A DNA stretch of 64,000 nucleotides. Origin: Mobula hypostoma. Its lineage: Eukaryota. Both the position numbers and the translations under genes were made by a program. The stretch is taken from contig NC_086102.1 in NCBI RefSeq assembly GCF_963921235.1, forward strand, positions 136,958,001 through 137,022,000, in the 5' to 3' direction. Shown here piece by piece: positions 24,896 to 37,810 of the stretch. How positions within the stretch are numbered: position 1 is the first letter of the stretch; each line of letters opens with the position of its first letter. A model generated the notes under the pieces. That model ran no database searches. It saw only the letters and a program-made list of their open reading frames with translations, and was not told the DNA's origin.

Positions 24896-27029
24896 AAAAT
24901 AACGTACAGCAAAGGACAGAACATTTACAAACAATCAGATCTCCCAGTTACAGTAAAACATACAGTCGAGAATTCCAGATCCCTCAGTCTGAGCGATAAG
25001 AAGAGGTTGGATAGGCTAGGAGTTGTTTCCATTGAGCATAAGAAGTTGAGGGAGAAGTAATGAAGTTTATAAAATGATGAGGGGTATAGATAAGGTGAAG
25101 AGCCAGAATATTTTCCCCGGTGTAGGGGAGTATAAAACTAGACAGCATAGTTTTAAAGTGAGAGGGGTAAGATATAAAAAGGATCTGAGGGATAACCTTT
25201 TCACACAGAGTTGGCATGTTTATGGAATGAAGTGCCAGAGGAATTGCTAGAGACGGGTATGACATTTAAAATGCATTTGGACAGTTCCATGGATAGGAAA
25301 AGTTCCAGGGATAGGAGCCAAATGTAGGTAAATGGGATTAGCTCAGTTAGGCAACATGATCAGAACAGATGAATTGAATCAAAGGCCCTGACATACTCAG
25401 GGCCCTGTGTACACAATTACCACTGTTAATGCTCAGAGGTTGAGTCGCAGGTCCTTGGGGCTGTTTAGACCACAGTCATGGATTGATACTTACTTTGCTC
25501 ATACAGATGTTCCTTTTGTTCATACCTCTACACACAATAAGCTCGGGTAATTGCAACATTTCAGCACAGTAGAGTCTGAATGAAATATCAGCCCCATTAC
25601 AAAGCTTTCTCTGCAATAGCTTCCTGATAACAGTAGGGGAAAGTGGTGTCAACTTCTGCACAAAAATATCATTTCTATTTTGAACAAGAACTAGTTTATC
25701 ATCTCTTTAATATAAACAAATTGCAAGGTGTTTTAGAAGTAGGAAAATTCAAAACCAGTTGCCCTGTGAGAATTGCTTCTGTCACTAACGTTTGCTGTGC
25801 AGTGCATTTGAGTTAATAATTTTCAAGATAAAATTCATTAGCTGGGGCTGCTGTCCCTTCTTCATGTTGCTCATTGAAAGAAGGCTTTAATCAATAATGC
25901 AGCTGTTTGAGGTGCAGCAGATTCTTCTTTCAATGGGAATGGGATGTTGAGATTGGCATTGGCAGAAGAAACAAAGTGTGACCAAGTTTACACTCTATAA
26001 TATTACAAGTGTGGATTGGGTCTGGAGGAACACCAGAATAGGTCTTGATTATTCAGTAATAATTTGGCTGATCTGTGCCATTTAATCACTTGATCCTGCC
26101 ACCTTTAGATAACAGCATCATAGATACCCATCTACACCCTTCATAAAGCTTCAAAAGGGTATCAATATGTTGCCTCTGTGTTTCATTTTGTCAGATAAAG
26201 ACACTACGTCATATCTACCTGCTGCCTTTACACACATTGAGTTCATCTTATTGTAGGATTACTACAGATTAGTGTCTGAATAAAGGATCAACCCATTATA
26301 AGGATTTCACTGCAATTTGTTCCTGATGACAGAAGCTGTTTAGTACTCTGAGCATGGGTACTTCACCCAGGGCTTTGTTTTTGGACTGGGAGTTATTGAC
26401 AGTGGTCATGAAAGCTGTGGTCAGGGTTCCTGGCTCCTGGGCTGCATGCTGACATCAGAGTTCATGTGGGAAGGGAAGGAGAGAGTGAAAGAGAAAACAC
26501 TAAATCAATTAGTGCAGGTAAACAGCTCAGGAAAAGGAAACAAGTTAACAAGCAGATGCCTGGAAAACACGTGCCAATATTTGCATGAAAATATCAATCA
26601 TATTTTGAACAGAACCAGGCTTTCATCTTTTCAACATAAAGATTTTGGCTGATCTGTGCCACTTAATCACTTGATTCTGTCACCTTTAGATAACAACTTC
26701 ACAGAAATCCATCTGCACCCTTCATAAAGCCTTAAATTGCTCCATCACTTTCTGTCTTCCAGCAAAGAGTTCCAGGCTCCAGCAACTTTGAAGAATTTGC
26801 CTCTTGACTGATCCCCACAATGACCAGACTTTACTCATGCTTTTATATCTTCACAAAATGAACTGTTTCTCTCCTCAACAATATTGCAACCTTATTTTAA
26901 CTCATTCAAATTGTTCATCCATTCTCTATATCCAAAAAAACACAGAACACCTATTCAGTACTTAAGAACATGAGCATCTTTTCTTGGACTTGCAAAAGCA
27001 GTCCTTTCCACTCAAATATTGTCCTAAGT

Positions 27030-27810
27030 GCTGCATAACCCAATGTTGATCTCCCAGATCACTGCATAATCCTACTTTGGTCTCCCAGATCACTGCATCC
27101 AGGGCTCCCGATGCGACCTTCTATATATTAGCGAGACCCGACGCAGGCTGGGAGACCGTTTCGCTGAACACCTATGCTCTGTCAAAGTAGGATCTCCCAG
27201 TGGCCACACATTTTAATTCCACGTCCCATTCCCATTCTGATATATCTATCCACGGCCTCCTCTACTGTAAAGATGAAGCCACACTCAGGTTGGAGGAACA
27301 ACACCTTATATTCCGTCTGGGTAGCCTCCAACCTGATGGTATGAACATTGACTTCTCAAACTTCCGCTAATGCCCCACCTCTCCCCCGCACCCCATCCGT
27401 TATTGATTGATTTATTTATTTATATACACACACTCTTTTTCTCTCTCTCCTTTTTCTCCCTCTGTCCCTCTCACTATACCCCTTGCTCATCCTTTGGGTT
27501 TCCCCCCCTCCCCCCTTCTTTCTCCCTGGGCCTCCAGTCCCATGATCCTCTCATATCCCTTTTGCCAATCACCTGTCCAACTCTTGGCTCCATCCCTCCC
27601 CCTCCTGTCTTCTCCTATCATTTCGGATCTCCTCCTCCCCCTCCCACTTTCAAATCTCTTACTAGCTCTTCTTTCAGTTAGTCCTGACGAAGGGTCTCGG
27701 CCCGAAACGTCGACTGTACCTCTTCCTAGAGATGCTGCCTGGCCTGCTGCATTCACCAGCAACTTTTATGTGTGTTGCTTGAAATTCCAGCATCTGCAGA
27801 TTTCCTCGTG
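27030..27810 (+). mobile_element. Penelope-like element 3' end (GIY-YIG C-terminus plus terminal repeat)
   Basis: Translates as LYISETRRRLGDRFAEHL...PVATHFNS...EEQHLIFRLGSLQPDGMNIDFSNFR* (stop 27368-27370), followed by a pyrimidine tract and hammerhead-bearing repeat. Confidence 0.85.
27680..27715 (+). ncRNA. Minimal type I hammerhead ribozyme motif (Penelope-associated)
   Basis: agtc-CTGACGA-a-ggg(tctcgg)ccc-GAAAC-GTC-gact: core, stem I agtc/gact, stem II ggg/ccc, palindromic ACGT stem III. Confidence 0.7.
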
Positions 27811-30800
27811 ATTGAGGAGATTGTACATCTGGCTGTCCACTAGACAAAGGAGATACATTATCGGTGAGGGACAGGTTGACTTGAGTATAATACCTGGATA
27901 AACTCCTGTAGATCAGTGACATGCAAAAGAACTTCACAAAGCAAATCCATGAATAATGTTATTACTTTATTTGAACCACAATGTATTACACAATGATATG
28001 CAGCAAAGCACAGAACATTACAAACAATCAAATGTCCCAGTTACAGTAAAATATAGTGAGGAGCTCCAGGCCCCTCAGCTTTGTATTTCAGTAAGTACAG
28101 TACAATTATTAACATCTTGTATATTCTGAATGAGGTCTTCTTGTGTTCACACTGAACTCAGACTCTGTGGAGTTTCATTCATGGTTAGTGATGGGATCTC
28201 GAGTCCTCATTTTGTTCCTGGAATGGAAAGATGAGCAGATTTGTAATTTTCAGCTGGACTGAGCTCACTCTAATGTCAATGTTTTCTCATTAGTTTTGAA
28301 TATGATCACATCAGACACAAAACGTAGTTTAAACTTACGTTTGATGACTCCTCCAGTGACAATTCTGTTGACTTGCTTTTCATCTGTTTTACAAGATAAA
28401 TTTTTGCAGCATTAAAAATCACCTTCAGACACCGAGTTTAAATAGTTTTAGTTTGCCAATGATTAAGTGAAATCAATTTAAATTCAGTATTGCAAGTCAC
28501 CGAAAAATCCACAACAAACACACTACTTCACAATCAATCTGAATTTCAGCAAAATATTAATGTAATAGATTGATTGCTACAAAGGATGGCATTAAATTGG
28601 AGAGGGGACACAAGAGATTTATGAGATGTTACTGGGACTGGAGGGCTTGGGTTACAAGGACAGGTTGGATAGTTGAGGAGCTGCTTCTGTGCAGCTCAGG
28701 AAACTGGGGGAAGATGTGATAGAGGATTATAAAATAATGAAGGGCATAGTTAAAATGAATAGCCAAAGTCTAGCATAGGTTTAGAGGGAGAGGAGAAAGA
28801 GATAAAAGGTATCTGGGAGGCAATATTTTCACGAGGAGATGGTGGGTTTATGGAATGATCTACCTGAGGAATTGGTAGAGATGGATACAAATATGGCACT
28901 TTAAAATACATTTGGTCAGTTCCATGGAGTGGAAATGTTTCTGGGGATATGGGCCAAATGCAGGGAAATGGGATTGGCTCATTTCGGGAACCTGGTCAGC
29001 AAAGATGAATTGAATGGAAGGACCTGCCCCTGTATTGTATAACTCCAGGACTCTATTAATCCGAGAGAGATGATTCTTTCACCAATTGGTCTTGACTGCT
29101 GAAATCTCCCTGCACAGTATACTTCAGCCCCATCCCCAGTAATTATAAATAGTTAAATGAGGAAAATGCAATGAATGCTCCTTTAATGAAAGCACAGTTA
29201 TATCTGCCCACAAACTATGATTGCCCCTAGGAGAGAGTGTCTTTTCTAATTCTTTAGGTGAAGAACAAACTCATACTCAGGCTGACATTGGTCATGTTCA
29301 GAAAATGAATACAGAATTTTCTAGAGAATTTGTGCATTAATATTCCCTCCTCTGCCTAGCACTTAATTAGGTAGTCATTTAATTAAGATTGCTCATATTA
29401 GATGTCAGCACTTTACATATTATGGTTAAATCAATAAATAGATCAGACTTACATGAGAAGACTCCTCAGCTGATGTCTCTTTTGACTTGCTTTCTACCTA
29501 CAAGAATAGATGAATATTTATACACTCAACAAATTAGTTAATGAATAGTTATGGAATAGCCTTTAAATACAATGTTTAATGATTTAAACATAAATAACCT
29601 TAGATATATCATGATTTGTGATTCATTACTGCAGTGGACAAATGCTCACCAAAACAATTAGGTTCTGCAATAACTATCAACATAATCTAGATAAGCTGAG
29701 GTGTGAGGCTCAGTAGAAAACTTGAGGATCAAAGCCACATGCAATCAATTAATTCGCAATAGGTATATTGAAACTGCTCTGCACCAACGTTTCATCTTTG
29801 TTACTGGTGAGTGTTACAGATGTTGCCCTCATGTCTAGCACCCGATCCTGTTGATGCCAGGCTTGCATTATCCTTGAGGGGAGCAAATTAATCCTCAGAT
29901 TGTTGGAATTTACTCAACATCAGCCCCTCAGCATAACATCTCCACAGTAATCAAACATTCCTTCCTCAATACACTGATCTAAAGTAAATGGCTCTTCCTC
30001 CCTCTGTTCTAAAATGGTTGAATTAATGATGCTAAACATTTTTACTTGGAGTCAAGATCAGAAAGACCATCTGAACTTTTTTTCAATTTATACTCACATT
30101 GGCTCGATTCTCGAATGATAGTTCCTTTGATCTGTCTTCTTCCTGTACAGAAATAATATTTATGTATTTAATTCCAGACTGAAGAATTTAAAAAATATAT
30201 ACTAAAAAATGACCAGTGTACACAAGTAATAAATATTGAATTATAATGGCGTCTTTGTTTACTCTGGGCATTTCAGCAGCAACTGCAGCAGGCCATTAGG
30301 AAGGCAAATTGCCTTATTGCAAGAAGGCTTGAGAACAAGAGTACTGCAGTTGTATCGATCCCTAGTGAGTATTGTGTAGTTTTGGTCTGTTGACGTAAAG
30401 AAAGAGGATGAGGCATAGTTCCACCTGGATAAAGTCCGGGATGGTGCATATGGCACAAGAGGAATAATCTCTATTATTTACAGCTTTGAAGAAAAGAGTG
30501 CTGCCTTACAGTGAACAAAATTCAGAGAGGTCTTGGCTGGTTAGAAAGAAGGGATGTTTCGTCCAAGAAGCTGAGAGCTTGAGTTGCAGTTTCAGAATAA
30601 GGGATTTGCCAATTAGAAATGCAGTAAAATGCAATCTCTTCACTCAGATGGTGAATTTTTGCAACTCATTACCCTAGAGAGCTGTTAAGGCTCATTTAGT
30701 GAGTTCATTCAAATCAAGGATTGGTGGATTGTTGGATATTAAGGGAATCTAGGCTTATGGCGTTCCTGAAGGAAACTGGTTTGAGATAGAAGATAATATT

Positions 30801-31111
30801 CAATGTTCACCTTGTTTTCTCTCACCCACTGTCTGGAACAGGCGTATTATGAAGTCAGATCCTCAGCATCTATTCTGACAGATCAATCTATGTAGATTTC
30901 TCATCTTATTGAGAATCTGAAGATAACTCCAAAATTAAACTTACATTTGGAGATTCTTCCACTGGTTTCTTTTGACTTGCTTTTCACCTATATAAAAGTA
31001 CAAAGATTTATAACGTTAGTACAAGATATATTTATTAATAGAAAGCATTAGCAGATTACCTTCAAATAGTAGATCTGATACTAAAATTATAAAAGGGAAG
31101 CTATTAATCCT

Positions 31112-31332
31112 AAACAACACACACAAAATGCTGGAGGAACTAAGCAAGTCAGTCAATATCTATGGAAATGAATGAACAGTCAACATTTCAATCCTGATGA
31201 AAGGTCTCAGCCCAAAATGTCAACAGTTTATTCATTCATTTCCACAGATGCTGTCTGACCTGCTGAGTTCCTCCAGCAATTTGAGTGTGTTGCTTTGGAT
31301 TTCCAGCATCTTCAGACTTTCCAGTGTTTATG
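31112..31332. repeat. Older Penelope-type inverted terminal repeat pair in intron 5 of copy B
   Basis: aaaatgctggaggaact...agttcctccagca inverted arms around degenerate cctgatgaaaggtctcagcccaaaatgtc. Confidence 0.55.
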
Positions 31333-32436
31333 ATTAGCTCTTAATCCTGACATTTCTGAATGATGATCCCATGACTTAGCATTAAATTGCAGAAGTCTCA
31401 ATAAAAAGTATCACTCTCCACAGTACACCAATGTTCGGAAACATGCCTGGCTAAGAGTGTGGTGTACGGTTAATGGATATTCCTACCGCAGGTGAAACAG
31501 GCATCATTACCATCTGTTTTTTGAATCCATGGAAGGATTGGTACTTAATAACTTTCAGTGATAAGAGTTTGTCAGACACTTCTCCTGTAGTCCTGTTCTG
31601 CTGATGCTCAGCTCATCTTCAGCAGAGAACAAACTCATCATGCACTGAAATCTAATATTAGGATCCCCTCCCTACACATCAGACTGGGACACATGCTGTC
31701 TCGTCCACTATTCCTAACGGAGAACTTAACATTTTCTTGCTAACGATTATAATCACCTCAGCACAAACAATTGAGATCAACAAGAAAAATATCTGATAAA
31801 TTACTGATTAATACTCACATGTGAGGTTTCCTCAAGTGGTGTTTCTTTTGACTTGCTTTGTTCCTGTAAGATAAAGATAGTTATTTTTAGATCTTCAACA
31901 CACATAAACAGTGAAATGCTCAGTAAATGATCTTCTGTTAGAAATTCCATTGGCCTGAATTGTATGAATACAGTTACCTCAATACTGTTTTCACTTGTTT
32001 CTGTTGAGTCACTTTTGCTGTCAACCGTCGTCAGACCGTCACACTCCACTTCAACATCAGCTGCCTTATCAGCAAAAAAATTCCACATAGCTTTTGCAAA
32101 ACCCTTTCTCCTGTTAGAATGAAGCATAATGTAAGCGTAATTTCAAGCAAGACATGAAATCAACATGATTATGATCTAATTCAATTCTTAGCCTTTACTT
32201 TGATATAGCTACACATGTATAGTTCGTGTTTAATCCTAAAACATACATGGGTTTGTATGATCTGACATATAACTCCGGACTCACCGCAGGGTGAAAGGAG
32301 CAGTTGGGATCATCAAATTCCTGTCCAGAATTCTTGGAGCAGACTGTTTCTTTTACGGAGAACGTTAAATCCATGCTGTAGGACAGTTTACCTGTACGAT
32401 ATGTCTGCAGAAAGGAAAAGAGGTTATTAGTGCATT

Positions 32437-32537
32437 AGTCCTGACGAAGGGTCTCGGCCTGAAACGTCGACTGCACCTCTTCCTAGGGATGCTGCCTGGC
32501 CTGCTGCGTTCACCAGCAACTTTTATGTGTGTTGCTT
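32437..32537 (+). mobile_element. Short Penelope terminal-repeat insertion with hammerhead motif in intron 2 of copy B
   Basis: agtcCTGACGAagggtctcggcctGAAACGTCgact at 32437-32472; flanked by direct repeat gttattagtgcatt; absent in A and C. Confidence 0.8.
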
Positions 32538-33444
32538 GTTATTAGTGCATTGTTATATCTGGTGTTCTTCCACTGGTCTGACAAAGAGCAGAGCAACACA
32601 GGGCTTTATTTACAGCTGATGGTTACACTAGGTTAGTCAAAATAGAGAAGATAATTAATTTGTTCAATGGTAAAATTGCCACTTAAACTGTCATGATAAG
32701 GATACTCAGTTTGCAGGAACCCTTAATTATGGCAGGAAATTAGCAAACAAAATTTGGGAAAACTTTCAGTGATTTCCAAATCAAGGACTGGAAGAACTTC
32801 CAACCTTAATTCCAAAACTTTGTCCCAATCAGAGTTCCACACCTCAGATATTGATTGAGAATTCAAAGCACTGATCTGATATACATGGAAAACTCTTTAT
32901 ATAATATCATGTTCTGCAAGTTATTCTCCCTATCACATAACATCCTCTCCCACTTGATTTTTTTTCTCGTTAACCTACTCTCAAGGTAAGTTTCAGTAGC
33001 CAATTAACCTGCACTCAGACGCATCCATAGTTTGTGAAGCACGATTAGCCAAGGACACACTTACATTTGTCACTCCTCTCCTGGTGATACCACAGAGGCT
33101 GGTGATCTTGGTAATTTCATTCAGCTTTATAACTGAGGCTCTCAGAGCTTCCTTGGTGCTTGGCACTCCTGCAGAAAAAGAGGGAAAGTTGTAGAACAGA
33201 TTCCAATGAACCTAAGTGAATTCTGCTTACACATGGATGACATATCATTGACTAAAGCACAGAACCAACAACTTACTGCTTTCTGAGGTCTCTGTCTCCC
33301 CAGTACCTACCTGAGCAGTGCAGGATCTGCACGGCAGCGAGAGTGAGCAAGAAGGATTTCATTCTGCCTTGTGTGGGATGGACCAGCTGGTTTCTCAGAG
33401 TGAACAAGTTACTTCTCTTTGCCTTCACCTCACTGCCTTTGGTC

Positions 33445-33468
33445 TTTATATAATGCCCCTCCACCACA
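33445..33468 (-). promoter_or_regulatory. Core promoter of copy B
   Basis: TATAAA at 33450-33445; ACCACA at 33463-33468. Confidence 0.55.
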
Positions 33469-33731
33469 TTCGAACATTGACTCATATTTGCTCAGCATGC
33501 TAACCGTAGGCACTGGAACCAGATGAAGGTGTGCTCAACTTATGGACAGAGCTTCCTACTAGTTTCATCATCATGTATAGATTTAGTGGAAAATTGAGTC
33601 TGTTCATGTTTTATTCCTTGGAATATAAGAACATAAGAAATAGGTGCAGGAGTAGGCCATCTGGCCCATCGTGCCTGCTCCGCCATTCAATAAGCTCATG
33701 GCTGATCTGACCATGGACTTATCTCCACCTA

Positions 33732-35519
33732 CAGTGGCATGCAAAAGTTTGGACACTCCTGGTCAAAATTACTGTTACTGTGACCCTATCTAAAGATTGG
33801 AGGTGTAGTAGACAGTGAGGAAGGTTTTCAGAGCCTGCAGAGGGACTTGGACCAGCTGGAAAAATGGGCTGAAAAATGGCAGATGGAGTTTAATACTGAC
33901 AAGTGTGAGGTATTGCATGTTGGAAGGACACACCAACGTAGAACATACAGGGTTAATGATAAGGCACTGAGGAGTGCAGTGGAACAGAGGGATCTGGGAA
34001 TACAGATACAAAATTCCCTAAAAGTGTCATCACAGGTAGATAGGGTCGTAAACAGAGCTTTTGGTACATTGGCCTTTATTAATCGAAGTATTGAGTATAA
34101 GAGCTGGAATGTTATGATGAGGTTGTATAAGGCATTGGTGAGGCCGAATCTGGAGTATTATGTTCAGTTTTGGTCACCAAATTACAGGAAGTATTTAAAT
34201 AAGGTTGAAAGAGTGCAGAGAAGGTTTACAAGGATGTTGCCGGGACTTGAGAAACTCAGTTACAGAGAAAGGTTGAATAGGTTAGGACTTTATTTTCTGG
34301 AGCGTAGAAGAATGAGGGGAGATTTGATAGAGGTATATAAAATTATGATGGGTATAGATAGAGTGAATGCAAGCAGGCTTTTCCACTGAGGCAAGGGGAG
34401 AAAAAAACCCAGAGGACATGGGTTAAGGGTGAGGGGGGAAAAGTTTAAAGGGAACATTTTGGGGGGCTTCTTCACACAGAGAGTGGTGGGAGTATGGAAT
34501 GAGCTGCTAGACGAGGTGGTAAATGCGGGTTCTTTTTTAACATTTAAGAATAAATTGGACAGATACATGGATGGGAGGTGTATGGAGGGATATGGTCCAT
34601 GTGCAGGTCAGTGGGACTAGGCAGAAAATGGTTCGGCACAGCCAAGAAGGGCCAAAGGGCCTGTTTCTGTGCTGTAGTTTCTATGGTTCTATGGTTCTAT
34701 GTGTATAGCTAAGTGAGTAAAAGATGAACTGATATCCAAAAGGCATAAAGTTAAAGATGACACATTTCTTTAATATTTTAAGCAAGAACATTTTTTTATT
34801 TCCATCTTTTACAGTTTCAAAATAACAGAAAAGGAAAAGGGCCCAAAGCAAAAGTTTGGGCACCCTGCATGGCAGTACTTAGTAACACCCTCTTTGGCAA
34901 GTATCACAGCTTGTAAAAGCTTTTTGTAGCCAGCTAAGAGTCTTTCAATTCTTGTTTGGGGGATTTTCACCCATTCTTCATTGCAAAAGGCTTCTAGTTC
35001 TGTGAGATTCTTGGGCGGTCTTGCATGCGCTGCTCTTTTGAGGTCTATCCACAGATTCTTGATGATGTTTAGGTCAGGGGACTGTGAGGGTCATGGCAAA
35101 ACCTTCACCTTGCGCTCTTGAGGTAGTCCACTGTGAATTTTGAGGTGTGTTTAGGTTCATTATCCTGTTGTAGAAGCCATCCTCTTTTCATCTTCAGCTT
35201 TTTTACAGATGGTGTGATGTTTGCTTCCAGAATTAGCTGGTATTTAATTGGATTCATTCTTCCCTCTACCAGTAAATGTTCCCCGTGCCACTGGCTGCAA
35301 CACAAGCCCAAAGCATGATCGATCCACCCCTGTGCTTAACAGTTGGAGAGGGGTTCTTTTCATGAAATTCTGCACCCTTTTTTCTCCAAACATACCTTTG
35401 CTCATTTGCAGCCAATAAGTTCTATTCAAAAGGTTCAAAGGAATATCTCAACAAGCCTGATGCATTTTGGAAACAAGTCCTGTGGACTGATGAAGTTAAA
35501 ATAGAACTTTTTGGTCACT
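33732..35519 (-). mobile_element. Tc1-like transposon remnant (IR/DR-type end), interrupted by CR1
   Basis: TA|CAGTGGCATGCAAAAGTTTGG terminus with inner repeat caaaagtttgggcac at ~34850; transposase LQQDNEPKH (ORF 35105-35311); inverted piece FWKQVLWTDEVKIELFG at ~35437-35519. Confidence 0.8.
33787..34700 (+). mobile_element. CR1 LINE 3' fragment nested in the Tc1 end
   Basis: ORF 33847-34389 WAEKWQMEFN...LYKALVRPNLEY; ttctatgg-repeat tail. Confidence 0.9.
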
Positions 35520-35544
35520 ATCTGCCCTTGCTCCAACTTTAATT

Positions 35545-35935
35545 ATCTTACTATTTCCAACTTGTCTTGAAACTTCTTTTTTAAGTGTGATATTCTTTCA
35601 TTATGGCTGGAAGGAGTGCTAGAGGTACTAGAAAGGATGATCTCCCTACCTCTTTGGTTTCTATTATGGAATTGCTGCAAAGTCATACACAAGAAGCCTC
35701 TGAGAAGTTTCAACAATTCAGCTCTGAATTTAAACAAATAGATGGTAAATTCGATTCTATTCAACAAACTATTAGTGAACACGATAAACGTATTAAAAGT
35801 AATGAGGAAAATTTGTCAGCTCTGGAAACGGAAGTGGATGAATTGCAGAAGCTTTGTGAAAAGCAATCGAAGTCCATTGAAAAGTTAAGACAGAAGGTTA
35901 TCGACTTAGAAAATAGAAGTAGAAGGAAAAGTTCA
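35545..35935 (+). mobile_element. L1-clade ORF1 N-terminal fragment
   Basis: Coiled coil ending KVIDLENRSRR, typical of L1 ORF1p; truncated immediately after. Confidence 0.7.
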
Positions 35936-36659
35936 GCCCGTATTGTGTTGTAATGTCTCACTGTATGTTCTAATTCTGCAGATGGTAGAAATCTGGAGTA
36001 ACACACAAAGGCGTTAGAGAAACTCTGCAGGTCAGACAGCATCTATGGTGGGAGGTGGACAGGCAACGTTTCGGTTTCAGTCACTTCGTCCAGGCTGGAA
36101 ATAAAGAAGAAATTTAGTTAGTATAAAATGTTAGAGAGAAGGGGTGGAACAAGAGGTGACAGGGTACAACACTGTTAGCTGGTTTAATCATTATTAGAAT
36201 TACTTCTTTTGCTTTATTGCTTTTATAACCTTCCTTTAAAGTGTACAGATAGAAGGGCAAGGATATTCTAGCTGCTCCACATGAAGTGCCTCCAGTCCTC
36301 AGTTCACACAAGATGGAAGCTAAAACATTTTATTTTATTTTATTTAGAGATACAACACAGAATAGGCCCTTCTGGACCTTTGAGCCATGCTGCCCAGCAA
36401 CCCAGACAACCCCAATTTAACCTAAATCTAATCGTGGGACAATGTACAGTAACCAATTAACCTACCTGGTACATTGTGGGAGGAAATCAGAACACCCGGA
36501 GAAAACCTACACATTCCATAGGAAGGACGTACCGAGTCTCCTTACCGAGGATGCTGGGATTGAACTACAAACTGTGATGTACCAAGCTGTAATAGCGTGT
36601 TCTTTCTCCTATGCTACCATGGCTCCCCAATATCTGCAGGCACTGGAGATCTGAAATAT

Positions 36660-37810
36660 GATTTCAGTGGCTAATCAGCAAATGAAGGCGGAGAAGGCAT
36701 AGCTCACTCAGGTTTGCCAGTTGAGTACATAAGGCATCGATTTGTGGCGGCTTTGTGTATTGAGCAGCGGACAATCAGCAAACAGGCTCGATTGGCAAGA
36801 ACAAATTAAAATAAGGCAGTTGCAAGCAGAGTGGCCATTGTCGAAGTGTGCAGTGTTAGAGTGGTTATTTAAGGCTTCAGCTCTTCGAGGCTTCAGTGAA
36901 GAGGGGCTTGTATGAGAGAAGATGAAAAAGCTGTTGGTAGATTCTTTTCCCCCAGTTTATTGCTTTCCTTCTTTATATTTGCATGGTTAGAGCAGTAGGG
37001 ATGTCAGACAGAACAGTTGAATGTTCCTCTTGCAGGATGTGGGAAAGCAGGGAGACCTCCACTGTCCCTGACGACTTCACCTGTGAGAAGTGCATCCAGC
37101 TGCAGCTTCTAACACTCCGCATTAAGGAATCGGAGCTGGAACTGGATGAACTCTGGATCATTAGAGAGGCTGAGTGTGTGATAAATAGGATATAGAGAGA
37201 GGTAGTTACACTCAAGGTGCGGAAACCAGGGAAATGGGTGAGTCAGGAAGGGGAAAGGGGTTAAAGTACAGTACCCCTATGGCCAACCCCCTCAACAACA
37301 GGTGCACTTTGGATACTGTTTTGGGGGGGGGGCGCGGGGGAATGACCTAGCCCAGGAAAGTCACAGTGGTCAGGTCTTTGGCACTGAGTCAGGTTCTGTC
37401 ACCCAGAAGGGAAGGAGGGAGAAGAGGTGAATCATTAGTTTGGGGAACAGAAAGAAGGTTCTGTGGACGAGAACAAGATTCCTGGATGGCATGCTGCCCC
37501 TCAGGTGCCAGGATCTCAGATCAAGCCCTCAGCAGCAGAGCTCGTGGTCCATTTAGGTACTCATGAGACAGGTAGGAAGAGTCATGATTTTCTGCAATGT
37601 TCATGGAGTTAGGTGCTAAGTTAAAGGACAGGACCTCCAAGGTTGTGATCTCAGGATTGCTACCCAGGCCATGTGCAAGTGAGGCCAGAAATAGGAAGAT
37701 CATACTGTTTAACAGGCGCAGGTCAATGGGAATAGGTATTTCAAAAGGTTTGGCACAGACTAGATGGGTCAAAGGGCCTATTTCTGTGCTGTAATTTTCT
37801 GTGATTCTCT
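36660..37810 (+). mobile_element. Internally deleted CR1 (5'UTR, ORF1 remnants, 3' tail)
   Basis: VECSSCRMWE...FTCEKCIQLQLL zinc finger/zipper; ELGAKLKDRTSKVVISGLLP esterase-like remnant; joined to CR1 3' end at ~37710. Confidence 0.75.

Larger units (their letters stand above)
22090..25390 (-). pseudogene. Remnant of a deleted spp2-like unit (3' flank/3'UTR and intron-8 CR1 only)
   Basis: 22090-22615 and 24895-24990 match the 3'UTR/downstream flank of A (1-240) and C (49010-49590); sequence then jumps to the shared intron-8 CR1 and at ~25390 to upstream-flank sequence; no coding exon found. Confidence 0.7.
28185..33362 (-). pseudogene. spp2-like copy B, probable pseudogene
   Basis: Exons 33311-33362, 33065-33168, 32285-32404 (9-nt in-frame deletion), 31978-32110 (133 nt; T7 instead of T6 gives EKGFCKSYVEFFC*), 31819-31863, 30945-30987 (43 nt, frame-breaking), 30098-30142, 29453-29497, 28339-28383, 28185-28217; splice sites intact. 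Confidence 0.75.

Noticed and set aside
35603-35953. Host coiled-coil protein gene
   Set aside because: Ends in the LENRSRR motif of L1 ORF1p and sits inside a TE stack
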